Shown here: positions 44,683 to 54,778 of the stretch, piece by piece | Numbering within the stretch: position 1 is the stretch's first letter | Layout: each line of letters starts with the position of its first letter | Source: a virus | Lineage: Duplodnaviria; Caudoviricetes | Virus record (IMG/VR): IMGVR_UViG_3300044454_000039 | Location: 2,176 to 66,175 of that record | Length of the DNA stretch: 64,000 nucleotides | Strand: one strand, 5' to 3' | Position numbers and translations under genes: made by a program | Notes under the pieces: generated by a model | What the model was told of the DNA's origin: nothing | The model's input: the letters and a program-made list of their open reading frames with translations, nothing else | The model's database searches: none

Positions 44683-47600
44683 TCATTGTCCGAAGTTGTA
44701 GTTCTGAAGTATGGGGTACATGCGAGGCGATGTTAGCACGCCTGTTCCACTCACTTGCGCTGTGGCCCGTTGCGCTGCCCGCTCACGCATACCACCTGCC
44801 GGATTGATGGCCAATTGCGGATGCCGCATCGAGAAATCAGCCGACTGCTGCATTAGCTCGTCCAGATCCGCATACTGCTGGTGATCGTGCGCGAGATAAA
44901 TCTGGTTGCGAATTCGCCCCTGCTGTGTCTGCATCAACTCCACGTTGGTCTTGTACTGGAACGTGCGCTCCTGCTGCTCGGCGCGTGCCCCGCTCTCCAA
45001 CCCCAGCGCTTGCGTGAACACGTTCCACGCCGTCGCCGGTCCTTCCGGCAGGGGAATCTGATTGTTGCCGGGCGACGTGCTCTCGTAGCCGTACTTGTTG
45101 AGCCGGTACGCCTTCGCCAGATTGCGCACTTCCGCAGGCAGCGCGTCGTTGATGAACTTGGGGTAGTTGTGATCGTAGAGCGCGCGGAGCCCTGTCCACA
45201 GCCCGGCGCCCACACCCACGGCCGGACCCATCAGTGCCAGCGAGCCGTCCTTGATCTTGTCGTCGATCCGGCGCCGACTCGCGATGAACTCGCTGAACGG
45301 CAACAGATCTTGGAAGCCCGACCGGGACGACATGTCGATGTCGATGGCGCGCGGCAACCCCCGCGACGCGATCTCTCCACCCTTCGCACCGAAGATGTCG
45401 GCCATGGTTTGCCGGAACGCGTGCTGCACATCGGGCGGCGTTTCGTTATCGTCCTGCGTCCACGACAACACCTGATTCGCAATCGCCGTCGCCAGCGACA
45501 CGAAGGGCAGCCCCAACGTACCCGCGATGGCTGCCGTCGTCGCACCCATGCCCACGAGCCCCGCTATCGCTTCCTTGCGTTCGGCAGGCGTGCTGTGCTT
45601 CGAAATTATTTTCATCGCTTCGCGAATCGTGAGTTCGCTCTGCTGGATGTCGAACTGGCCGAAGCCCACCACCAGCGGTGTGAATCCGCCGAGAACCCCG
45701 CGCCGCCCCAGCTTGCGCGCGATGTTCGCTTGCGAGTGATCGCCATCGGTGTCGCGCACGATTTGCAGCGCGTACTGCCGCGCCGAATCCAGCGTCGCCC
45801 CCGTAGTCTTCTTCATGTGCATCTCGTGCGCCGTCAGCGCCGCCACCATTCGGTTGATGATCTCGATGTAGTGCGGCGCAATGGTGGAGAGATTGACGAG
45901 CTTGCGCCCCATTGCCTGATCTTCTGGCGCGAAACGGGCGAACTGGTTAGTCTGTCCGAAGTTGAAGAGCCCGGCCCAATTTACCCCTTCCAGCGCGTTG
46001 AGATCGTTGCGGTTGAGCAGCGGTTGCCCCCGCCCGTCTTGCAGCTTCGAAAACTCGAATTGCAGCGACGCCAAGCTGGCGAGCTTGTCGAACGTCGAAA
46101 GTCCGCGCACGCCGGGGTCGGCCCATCCCATCTTCAACAACTGGTTCAGGACACCCGCCGCCTTCGAGTAGTTGCTGATCATCGAGCGGAACGAATCGGC
46201 GTAGCCGTAACGCTTGCCCACCATGGGCAGCGTAATCTGCGTCGCTTGGTAGCCGATCATCATCATGTACGCAGGCGAGAGCATCAGCCGCCACGCTGCC
46301 GGAATCACGCGAATGCGGTCGAGCACCGGGGTGTGCACCGGAGTCATGGAGTCGTTCACACGCCCGCGCAACTCGTTGGTGTAGACAGCCACGTCGGCCG
46401 CGAACTTCGCCATGCCCGGCGTCGGGTCGCGATCCAACCCCTGCTTCGCCTTCATCAGATCGAGCATCGCCTGCGTGAGTTCCGGCCCGGCATACGAGTT
46501 CACCAGCCCGCCCTTTGCCGAAGTCAGTCGATCCGCGTAGGTGTTGATGAAGTCCTTGCTGTAACCAACGTCGCCGTCACGGAACATCTTCGCCTTTAGT
46601 GGCGATGTCTCAGGCAACGACAACAGGTAGGCATCCTGCAACTCGCGCACCATGTTGCGCTTTGTTTCCGCATCGTAGGCATCGTTATTGTTGATCTTGT
46701 TTTCCATGATGCGTACGAACTTGGGCGATGTCTGCTCCAGCTTACGGAACGCCTCGTCCGCCTTCCCGGCCGCCCACGTCGGCTTGCCCGTCTCTGCCTC
46801 ACGGAACAACGTGCTCTCAAACGGCAGCAGCGCATCCACAGCCTGCTTGAACTTCATCGGATCGTCGAACCGCATGTACACTTTACGGTTGTCACGATAC
46901 GGCGACCCCCAGCCCCGGTTCAACTGCTGGTCAACGATACGCCCGATCTGGTCCCACTCGGCCTGCCCGCCGCCGACAGTGAACTTGACCACATATTCGC
47001 CGGAACGACCAAGGTGGAAGTAAGGCACTGACATGTGGTACTTGTACGTGCCCCACAGGCTATTCAACGCATCTTTCACTTCCATATGGTCGATGAGATG
47101 CGGCGCCGCCTTTCTGGCCGCTGCATCCCACGCCTTCGTGATGTTGCCCTTGGTAGTACCGAGCGACTGCGCCAAGAATGCATCGTGCGCATCCATCACT
47201 TCGTAGATGGCTTTGTCCAGCAACAACTGCGCTTCGTTGAACGGCTTGTTGCGATAGACTTCCGAACGAGCATCCAGTCGGTCGTACGGTAGACCGTTAG
47301 GCAGCGTGCCTTTGCGCACCTGCGCGAGCGCCGGATGATCCGCCAGCTTGTATTCATCCAGCAAGTGCTTCACACCTGCTGCCAGATCGCGGGTGTAATC
47401 GAGCGAGTGCTTATCGAGCATGTCGCGGTACAGCTTGACCGGCGTGTCCGCCGTGCGATCTCTCGCCAGCATCGCCCGCGACTCGCGCTCCAGATCGGAG
47501 TACATCGCCCGTAGCTTCTGCCCGTCCGCCGAATCCCACTGCTCGCGCGTGAAGTTCGGGTCACGCTTCTTCGCATCCTCGAACGTCTTCATCGCCGGGT

Positions 47601-50600
47601 CGAAGCCGAGACGCGTCGCCTCGCTGCCCATGCGGAAGAGCTTGTCGGCAGTGTTAGGGGCGAGCTTCGCGAAGCGCGCCATACGTGTCGTAAGACGGTT
47701 GCCCTCTTGCGTCAGATAGCCACCCCACGCCGTCTTGCCGCCGATGATCTCGCGGATCTTGCGGTAGTTGTCCACGAGCGACTGAATCTTCGCCGCAGCC
47801 GCGCCGGGCATCGCCCGCATGGCCTGCTGCGCCCGGCGATCCAGCATATGCGTGACATGGTTGTTCGTCGCCCACGTGAGCGCAGTCGCGAGTATCTTGT
47901 GCGGCCAGTCGCCCTCGTACATCTTGTCCTTGAACGCGAGCTTGGGAGAGATGCTGGCCAGCGAATTGAACCACTCGCTCATGTGCCCGGCCGGGCCACG
48001 GTTGTAGACTTCCTTCGAGGCGTGGTCGGGGTCGCCGAAGAGCGTGGACGCCGCCTTCATCAGCTTCTCCACATCCGGCGCATGCGTGGGCTCGAAGCCG
48101 AACCACGCTGTGATCTTGCTGTAGAGTTTGCTGAGCCACCCCCGGTTGTCGAGCGCTTCCTGTACGTGCGGGTTGTTGATCGCTTCCGCCAAGAACTCGT
48201 GCTCGCTTTCCATCGCAAGCCGATGCGCCGGGTCGTCGAAGTCGGCTACCTTGCCGAACGAATCCATCAGCCCGCGCACGGTGCGCAGCGCGGACACGCC
48301 TGCCTTCTCCTGCTTGCTGAGCGATTCGAACGGCTTGCTGACGTTCGCCATCGCTTCGGTCAGCATCTTGTGCGTCAACGCGTGCACCGACTCGTGCATC
48401 AGCGTCAGGTTGTTCATCCCCCCTTGGCCGATCTCGATGGTGTCTGTCGCCGGGACATACCGGCCGCCCTTGAAGTCGGCATTCTCGACTTCGACGATGT
48501 TCGCCGTAAGACGAGAATCGGCGAGCAGTCGCGCGATGGCGCGCACGACCGGGTTGCGATGGCGCCGGGCAATGTCCGCCATGGCCGCCATTGCGCTTGG
48601 GTTGGCCCGCACCCGCTCGGCTATCGCCGGATCGCTGATTCCCTCGATGCCGCGTCTGTGCTTGATCAGCGCTTCCCGCGCGGCCTTCGCCTGCTGCACC
48701 GCCGCCTCGTCCATCTGCGGGGCGTACAGCTTGTCCACCATGTCGTGCAACTTCAGTTCGTCGTCCTTCGTGAGTCCTTTGTGCGGCTCTCCCGTCACCG
48801 GCTTCATCGCGGCTTCGGTGCGCTTCGCAAGTTCACGATCACTGATCTCGCCACGCTCGCGCTGCTGCGCAAGTTTCGTCAGTCGCAGCTTGAACACTTC
48901 GTCCCGCAGCCGTTCCTTCTCCACGGCCGCGCGCTGCGCTGCTTCTTCGGCCGCAGCCTCGTCGCGTTCCGCCATGCGCTGCTCCCGCATGCGATCCGCT
49001 TTCTCCCGCGCACTGGAAAACAGCCCCAGCCGGTCCGAGATCTCGTGCGCTTCGAACCAGCGCTCGGCCATGTAGTCGAGCCGTTTGTCCTGCCCGCTGG
49101 CCACAGTGTCCGCATGCGCTGCCTGAATCTCTTCCATCGCCTGCGTGGTCGGTCGGGCACGTTTGCCCATACCGGCCTTTTCCATCTGCTTCAGGATCGC
49201 CTGCTGCCGCTCCGTGGCTTTACCGAGATGCACCAGCGACGACAGCCACGCGTGGATGATGTCACCCTGCGCGTCAATGCCCCGCACCGCACTCACCGGC
49301 TTACGCCAGTACGCCGGTGTTTCCATCGGCTCTTCGCCGCCCTTTAGATAGGGCTCGGTCTTGGCGTGCGCTCTTTCCGCACGGCCTACAGCGTCAGAGT
49401 GCGCGGCAAACTCAGCAAGCGTGTCACGCTCCATCGTAAGCGCATCAATACGTGCATGCACATCGTTAAGCGCTTGTACTTGCTCTTTCGTTGGCCGTCT
49501 GCCGGGGTTCTCAAATATGTCAGCATTGAGCTTCGATAGCTCGCGTCGAGCCACAAGCAGATCGCTCTGCTTGGCATCCAGCGCTGCCTTCGCTTCAGCT
49601 ACTTGCCTTTCGGCTTTGGCGACGGCATCCCCACGCCCTTGCCCTTGGATCGTCCCGTCCGGCGCGCGTTGTTCAACGCTATCGCGACCACCTGCTTCCG
49701 TGGGCGCCCGGTTTTCGACAGCTCCCTGACGTTCGCCGATATTGCCATCGGATTGTTCCCCGGCTGTAGTGGCATCTTCTTTCCCCTTCGCTATACGTTC
49801 CAGTTCCGCACGCGCCTGCGGGTTGTCCCCCGGCGCAGCATTCAAACGCTCCAGATGCGCTTGGGCGTCTTCCGGTGTTATTTCCACTACAACCTTCTTG
49901 TCACCACCCATTAGCCGCTGCCACTGCGATTCAAGACGCAGGCCAGCTTCAATCTTGTTTTGCTGTTGCACCCGCGCAGTAGCGCCGCTCAGTTCGTTGG
50001 TACCCTCGGGTGCCGCAAGCGATGCTGCTACCGACGCCGCGTCGGCTGGTGCTGCGGTTTCTCTTGCGCCTGCGGCGACAGGGGCGCTTTCGGGGGCACC
50101 ATTCCGTGCATCTTCATGTACTTGACCACCAGTGACGGCAGCTTCGGCATCCGTACGGGCGGCTGCGACGGGCTCGGTCCCCGTTTTGACTGCGGCGGCA
50201 TTTGCATTGTCGGCTTCCTCTTTCGCCTTACGTTCAGCTTCCACAACGTCGGACAGCTTCTTACCCGTCAGCTTCTCGTAGAACGTATCCAGATGCTCCA
50301 GATACTTCGGCTTCTTGTTGTCAGGACCGACGTTCTTCTCTTCCCACACCGCGCGGATTTCCGCCGCCAGATCCTCACCCTGCTTGTCCACCATCCGACC
50401 AAGAACTTCGCCCGGCGCGCGGGGTAGATCCTTGCGCAAGGCGCGGATCTTTTCTTCCTTGGTTGGCGGGGCGACGTAATCCGTGCTCGGCCCGACGTTC
50501 CGGTCGCGCACCCAATTCTCGCCGCGCGGCTCCCCGGCCCATGGCGGGCCGCCCAAGCGCAGCCGTTCGGCGAGCGCAGCAGCGGGCGCCCCTTCCCCGC

Positions 50601-51975
50601 CGTACCAATCGACCGGCCCGCGCGGCGCGGGCAGTCGCGGCAGCGGCTCGACCGCATCCGGTGCGCCCATGCGTGGGTCCATGACCCCAAGCTGCCGATC
50701 CCGCCCCAACGGCCCACGCGGCGCCTCGTAGGGCACCGGGGGCGCCCATTCCGTGCTCGGGGCGCCGTTGTCGCCGAAGACCCAGCCTTCCCCACGATTG
50801 GCCGTGCCCGGCTGCCATTCGCCTTCCAGCGTAGGACCGGTCGGGGGCACCGGCACCGGGAACCCCCCGGTCGGGCGTGGCAAGCCGGGGTACTTCCAAT
50901 TCACGTCGAACGATACCGGCTGATGATCGTTGATCGCCTGCATGGCTTCCATCCGCCACGCCATCGCTTCTTCTTCGCCGTGCGTGCGAATGTCTTGGTA
51001 GATCGCGGCGAGCCCCTTGCTCCGCGTCTTCTGCGCCTGAAGCAGTTCGCCGGGGGACAGCGCGGCAACGTCGGGGGGCGACGCCACGGTCTGCGCAAGC
51101 TGTTGCCGCTTGCGGTTCGACATCAGCGTACCGGCGCCCGCAAACGGCGCCATGAGCACGTTCATCATCAGGGTGGGGCCGATGGACTCCCGCGCCGCTT
51201 CCCACGCTGTAGGCTCGTTTTTGGCCCCGTACGCCGTCTCTATTCCAGTGACCGACGCCATGGCCGCCGCCTGCGTCGGAAGCTGCACTGCCGTCTGGAT
51301 GCCGAGCCCCTTGGCGAGTTGCTTGCCGAACGCAGGCGTCATCCACGAATCGAGCCCGCTCTGCGCGCCGCCCGTACCTACGCGCCCCAGCGCGCCCGTC
51401 AGCAACTTGCCGCCAACATGCGCCAGCAAGCCTTGGCCAATCCCCTGCACCGCTGCCGTACCCAACGCGGCCGAACGCGCGTCTTCGATGGGCACGCCCT
51501 CGCCCTGTAGCTTTTCCTTGGTCTGCGTGTACTGCGAACCGCCGAACAACGCAGCAGCCCCCACCGGGGCGGCGACTTGTCCTACGCCGGGGATGAACGC
51601 CAGCGCCGCCGTGCTGAGCGCCGGTACCACGTTGGACGCCGCTTCACCCCAACCACCCGGTTCGACGTACTGGCTGGGATCTGGCGCCTGTGTTGCAGAG
51701 TATTCACGAAGACGCTGCCCGGCCCGATCCGCCCCGAACGCCTGTAGCATCTGCCCGGCCATCTCGGGCGTCTGTGTGAAGACGCCACGCTTGAAGCCGT
51801 GGATGATGTCGGTGAGCGTCCCCTGCGGCGGCGGCGGGGGCGGCGGGGCATCCTGCGGAAACCGCAGATCCGGTCGAGGGTACGCGTTGGCCGAAACCTG
51901 CCGCGCAAGCTCTAGGTACTTCGGGTCAATCGGGTACGGACTCGGCAGTGTTTGAAACGCGTCGTCGAGAGGCAT
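44683..51975 (-). CDS. giant internal virion / DNA ejection protein (2430 aa)
   Basis: Gly/Ala hydrophobic N-terminus, zincin-like HESVH...EFLAE, PYFHLGRSG motif, TLGLPF C-terminal region. Confidence 0.75.
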   Translation of the reverse strand: MPLDDAFQTLPSPYPIDPKYLELARQVSANAYPRPDLRFPQDAPPPPPPPQGTLTDIIHGFKRGVFTQTPEMAGQMLQAFGADRAGQRLREYSATQAPDPSQYVEPGGWGEAASNVVPALSTAALAFIPGVGQVAAPVGAAALFGGSQYTQTKEKLQGEGVPIEDARSAALGTAAVQGIGQGLLAHVGGKLLTGALGRVGTGGAQSGLDSWMTPAFGKQLAKGLGIQTAVQLPTQAAAMASVTGIETAYGAKNEPTAWEAARESIGPTLMMNVLMAPFAGAGTLMSNRKRQQLAQTVASPPDVAALSPGELLQAQKTRSKGLAAIYQDIRTHGEEEAMAWRMEAMQAINDHQPVSFDVNWKYPGLPRPTGGFPVPVPPTGPTLEGEWQPGTANRGEGWVFGDNGAPSTEWAPPVPYEAPRGPLGRDRQLGVMDPRMGAPDAVEPLPRLPAPRGPVDWYGGEGAPAAALAERLRLGGPPWAGEPRGENWVRDRNVGPSTDYVAPPTKEEKIRALRKDLPRAPGEVLGRMVDKQGEDLAAEIRAVWEEKNVGPDNKKPKYLEHLDTFYEKLTGKKLSDVVEAERKAKEEADNANAAAVKTGTEPVAAARTDAEAAVTGGQVHEDARNGAPESAPVAAGARETAAPADAASVAASLAAPEGTNELSGATARVQQQNKIEAGLRLESQWQRLMGGDKKVVVEITPEDAQAHLERLNAAPGDNPQARAELERIAKGKEDATTAGEQSDGNIGERQGAVENRAPTEAGGRDSVEQRAPDGTIQGQGRGDAVAKAERQVAEAKAALDAKQSDLLVARRELSKLNADIFENPGRRPTKEQVQALNDVHARIDALTMERDTLAEFAAHSDAVGRAERAHAKTEPYLKGGEEPMETPAYWRKPVSAVRGIDAQGDIIHAWLSSLVHLGKATERQQAILKQMEKAGMGKRARPTTQAMEEIQAAHADTVASGQDKRLDYMAERWFEAHEISDRLGLFSSAREKADRMREQRMAERDEAAAEEAAQRAAVEKERLRDEVFKLRLTKLAQQRERGEISDRELAKRTEAAMKPVTGEPHKGLTKDDELKLHDMVDKLYAPQMDEAAVQQAKAAREALIKHRRGIEGISDPAIAERVRANPSAMAAMADIARRHRNPVVRAIARLLADSRLTANIVEVENADFKGGRYVPATDTIEIGQGGMNNLTLMHESVHALTHKMLTEAMANVSKPFESLSKQEKAGVSALRTVRGLMDSFGKVADFDDPAHRLAMESEHEFLAEAINNPHVQEALDNRGWLSKLYSKITAWFGFEPTHAPDVEKLMKAASTLFGDPDHASKEVYNRGPAGHMSEWFNSLASISPKLAFKDKMYEGDWPHKILATALTWATNNHVTHMLDRRAQQAMRAMPGAAAAKIQSLVDNYRKIREIIGGKTAWGGYLTQEGNRLTTRMARFAKLAPNTADKLFRMGSEATRLGFDPAMKTFEDAKKRDPNFTREQWDSADGQKLRAMYSDLERESRAMLARDRTADTPVKLYRDMLDKHSLDYTRDLAAGVKHLLDEYKLADHPALAQVRKGTLPNGLPYDRLDARSEVYRNKPFNEAQLLLDKAIYEVMDAHDAFLAQSLGTTKGNITKAWDAAARKAAPHLIDHMEVKDALNSLWGTYKYHMSVPYFHLGRSGEYVVKFTVGGGQAEWDQIGRIVDQQLNRGWGSPYRDNRKVYMRFDDPMKFKQAVDALLPFESTLFREAETGKPTWAAGKADEAFRKLEQTSPKFVRIMENKINNNDAYDAETKRNMVRELQDAYLLSLPETSPLKAKMFRDGDVGYSKDFINTYADRLTSAKGGLVNSYAGPELTQAMLDLMKAKQGLDRDPTPGMAKFAADVAVYTNELRGRVNDSMTPVHTPVLDRIRVIPAAWRLMLSPAYMMMIGYQATQITLPMVGKRYGYADSFRSMISNYSKAAGVLNQLLKMGWADPGVRGLSTFDKLASLASLQFEFSKLQDGRGQPLLNRNDLNALEGVNWAGLFNFGQTNQFARFAPEDQAMGRKLVNLSTIAPHYIEIINRMVAALTAHEMHMKKTTGATLDSARQYALQIVRDTDGDHSQANIARKLGRRGVLGGFTPLVVGFGQFDIQQSELTIREAMKIISKHSTPAERKEAIAGLVGMGATTAAIAGTLGLPFVSLATAIANQVLSWTQDDNETPPDVQHAFRQTMADIFGAKGGEIASRGLPRAIDIDMSSRSGFQDLLPFSEFIASRRRIDDKIKDGSLALMGPAVGVGAGLWTGLRALYDHNYPKFINDALPAEVRNLAKAYRLNKYGYESTSPGNNQIPLPEGPATAWNVFTQALGLESGARAEQQERTFQYKTNVELMQTQQGRIRNQIYLAHDHQQYADLDELMQQSADFSMRHPQLAINPAGGMRERAAQRATAQVSGTGVLTSPRMYPILQNYNFGQ

Positions 51976-51981
51976 CGGGGG

Positions 51982-52908
51982 TCATCGCAGGTTCGAAGTC
52001 ACTGACGGCTGGAAGTACGGATTGTTCGGCATCGTGGGTTGCGGCATCGCTCCGGTAGGAGCGGTCATCGACGGCAGGTACCGCACACCCTGCGCAAAGG
52101 CTTCGGTCGGCCCCACGGTCGTGCCCATCATCCCACTCACCGCGTGTACGTCGTACGCCGATCCACCACGCATGATGCGGCTCATCCGCGCGGCGCCTTC
52201 CACATCACCTTTGGCCAACAGCGCGTTCCGCGTGTTCATCAGGCTGATGTCGGGCGCATGCTGTTGCTGCTCCAGCCCAAGGCGCGCTTGCGCCATCGGC
52301 AGTTCGCCCCCGAAGTACCGCTGCGCCTCGAAGCCCAATCTCCCCTGCTCCACTCCGAGATGCCCCGCCCTGATCCCCACTTCCTGCTGCTGGATTCCCA
52401 AGTTGCGTAGCGCCAGCAGTTGCCGCTGCGCCGCCCCTGATTGCAAAAGTCCAAGCCATCCGCCGCCCCCTCCGCGTAGGTACGCCAGCCGTTGCGCTTG
52501 TGCACTGATGGCGTCACCAATGCCGCTATCACCGCCGCGCGCTGCGTTGGTCATGTTCACCGAATTAACTTCGGCACCGGGGTACTGCGGCGATTGCGCA
52601 CGCGACGCTGCAAGCTGCGCCTGCTGCGTTTCTTTCCACCGTTGGTATCCGGCCGCTGCACTGTCGGGGTACTCCGTCTGCGCACGTGCGTTACGCCGGT
52701 TCTCCCCGGCGATGTAGAAGTCCGGCATCGCCGCAGGCCCGGCAGCGGGCGCACGCGTGGGCGCGGGCGCGGGGGCTGCTGCGGGGGCTGCCGTGGGCGC
52801 GCTTGTGACCAGATCCGCGCGCTGCTTCTGGTACTGCTCCATGGGGGTGCCCGGCCCCATGTAGTCGGGGGCCATCGTCCACGGATACCGCCACGAGTCT
52901 TCAGCCAT
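51982..52908 (-). CDS. putative internal virion protein, low complexity
   Basis: GAGG RBS; Q/A/G/P rich; upstream of the giant protein. Confidence 0.65.
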   Translation of the reverse strand: MAEDSWRYPWTMAPDYMGPGTPMEQYQKQRADLVTSAPTAAPAAAPAPAPTRAPAAGPAAMPDFYIAGENRRNARAQTEYPDSAAAGYQRWKETQQAQLAASRAQSPQYPGAEVNSVNMTNAARGGDSGIGDAISAQAQRLAYLRGGGGGWLGLLQSGAAQRQLLALRNLGIQQQEVGIRAGHLGVEQGRLGFEAQRYFGGELPMAQARLGLEQQQHAPDISLMNTRNALLAKGDVEGAARMSRIMRGGSAYDVHAVSGMMGTTVGPTEAFAQGVRYLPSMTAPTGAMPQPTMPNNPYFQPSVTSNLR

Positions 52909-52911
52909 GAC

Positions 52912-53667
52912 CTACCTCACGTAAGAGAAACCGCCCTGACCGAATCCCCAAGTCGGGGGTTGGAACATCTTTCGCTGCTCGATTTCGTGGCGGCATTCCT
53001 TCACCGCCGCGTCGAAGCGATCCTTGTGCTGGTCCGCCTTCTTGCGATCTTCCGCGTCGAGATCCCAATTGCGCAGCGCCCGCCATGCCGCCCACTCGAT
53101 CATGTCAAGCTGCCAGTCTTCCGGCACTTCCGCCTGCGCCTTCATGTTCTTCGTCGTCAACTTCTCCAGCGGCAGCCGCGTCACCCGCAGCGCCACCGTC
53201 TTGTTGGACTGCCCGTTCGCGGGCACCGGGTCGAACGCCATGCGGATCTGGTGTTCGTCGGCGAGTTCCATCCCCTCATCCGTCGTGAAGCGCAGCGGCA
53301 TCGACCCCATGCTCCCGGCCGAATAGTCGGTCGTGTCCGTGAACGGATTTCCCAACGCCCAATTGATCGTGTGCGTGACACGAATCATGTCGGACGGCGC
53401 GTCCTGATGCCGCGCGCTGATCACGAACAGGATCGCCGGATGCAGCGTGTAGATGCGCTGCGTGTCCTTGAGCACCACCTGCACAACTTCGGGAGTCGTG
53501 TCGTCCTTCAGGCACAACGTCTGCCGCACGAACTTGCGCTGCGCCTCGTTGATGTAGCGCACCAGCGTCTCGTCCGACCAGTAGTGGTCGGGCGGACCGT
53601 CCTTCAGCGTGCTCGCATCACGGAGCAGATTCCCGCGAAGCTCATCCAGCAGTTCGGCGAGCGTCAT
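52912..53667 (-). CDS. putative head-tail adaptor protein
   Basis: MTL.EL, LRD, WSDETLVRYINEAQ, WAA.RAL. Confidence 0.7.
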   Translation of the reverse strand: MTLAELLDELRGNLLRDASTLKDGPPDHYWSDETLVRYINEAQRKFVRQTLCLKDDTTPEVVQVVLKDTQRIYTLHPAILFVISARHQDAPSDMIRVTHTINWALGNPFTDTTDYSAGSMGSMPLRFTTDEGMELADEHQIRMAFDPVPANGQSNKTVALRVTRLPLEKLTTKNMKAQAEVPEDWQLDMIEWAAWRALRNWDLDAEDRKKADQHKDRFDAAVKECRHEIEQRKMFQPPTWGFGQGGFSYVR

Positions 53668-53668
53668 G

Positions 53669-54076
53669 TCAGGCGGCTTGCTGGCGTGCCTTCGGATTAT
53701 TCACGACGCGGTACGGAAACCGCAGTCGCGGCGTGTAGCCGATGATCTGCTTGGTAGCAGTATCGACTATCGGTGCGTCGTACACAGCGTTGTTCAGGAT
53801 GTCCAGCAGTTCCAGCGGCACTTCCGCTTCCACGCCCGCCTTCAGCATGAAGCCCGTGCCATTGTGCCCGATGAACAGCCCGGTCGGTGGTATCTGATCG
53901 TTGTCTTGCAACTCGATCCAGAGACGCTTCTTGTACCTGTTGAGCACGTTGGGCGTTGCCTTCGGCCCTTCCGGTGGCATGGACACGACACCGCCATGCA
54001 GTGCCGATTCCGGCAGAAGCGCCTCACCTTCTTCTTGCAGATTGCTGCCAAAACCGATGTCGGGAGCAGGATTCAT
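53669..54076 (-). CDS. hypothetical virion-morphogenesis protein
   Basis: AAGGA RBS; G.NG....G.E.EVP...IL.NA, RFPY. Confidence 0.7.
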   Translation of the reverse strand: MNPAPDIGFGSNLQEEGEALLPESALHGGVVSMPPEGPKATPNVLNRYKKRLWIELQDNDQIPPTGLFIGHNGTGFMLKAGVEAEVPLELLDILNNAVYDAPIVDTATKQIIGYTPRLRFPYRVVNNPKARQQAA

Positions 54077-54080
54077 TACG

Positions 54081-54341
54081 TTAGTCCTTTTCGCTGGTTG
54101 CTTGATTCCACGCTGCTGTGAACGAAGAACTGTCATCTTCGTCCGGCATCGGCGCCAGCGTGTCCGCGTTTTCTTTGATCCACTTCAGCGCTTTGTCCAG
54201 CGTCGGAAAGACGTACTCACGCTCGGGATCTTGATAGCGTGTGTTCGGCTTGCCGTTCGCCTTACGAATCGCCGGATCTTCGACGCAGACGGTGAAGCCG
54301 TTCGCCGCCCGCTCGATCTCTGCTATGACGCCTGTGCGCAT
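54081..54341 (-). CDS. hypothetical protein
   Basis: IERAANGF, EYVF motifs; operon position. Confidence 0.7.
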   Translation of the reverse strand: MRTGVIAEIERAANGFTVCVEDPAIRKANGKPNTRYQDPEREYVFPTLDKALKWIKENADTLAPMPDEDDSSSFTAAWNQATSEKD

Positions 54342-54346
54342 GTATG

Positions 54347-54377
54347 AGAAGGGCGACGGGTTATTAGCCCGCCGCCC
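54347..54377 (-). terminator. possible terminator after the capsid genes
   Basis: Minus strand GGGCGGCGGG/CCCGTCGCCC stem with a weak TTCT tail. Confidence 0.45.
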
Positions 54378-54401
54378 CCAAGGCCGTCAGGTGCGACGGG
54401 A

Positions 54402-54740
54402 TCAGCCCATGGCGATCCAGTACCCGGTCTTGCTGGCGGGCACCAGATCGGCATGCACGGTGAACTGGCCGGTCGCGACGGTGATGCCGCCGCTCGTCTC
54501 CAGCGTTGTCGTCCCGTTGGCCGCGCTCTCGATTGCGCTGTCGTCGGCCATGCCGTCGTACCACTCATCGACGATCCTGTCCGTCGCGTTGACGAACCGA
54601 ACGAAACGGGGCGTGAACCCCATGGTGAACGTCATTGCGACGCCCGTAACCCCGGCATCGGCAACGAACTTGCCGGTGGCGACGTTGGTCACACCGTACG
54701 CGTTCTTCTGCGTGTTGGTGGTCAGTGTACGATTTGCCAT
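54402..54740 (-). CDS. putative capsid decoration protein
   Basis: GAGG RBS; GFTPRFV, EWYDGM; immediately after the MCP. Confidence 0.65.
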   Translation of the reverse strand: MANRTLTTNTQKNAYGVTNVATGKFVADAGVTGVAMTFTMGFTPRFVRFVNATDRIVDEWYDGMADDSAIESAANGTTTLETSGGITVATGQFTVHADLVPASKTGYWIAMG

Positions 54741-54778
54741 GTGATTATCCTCTCAGGCTCGAATGGGTTGAGGGAGCG

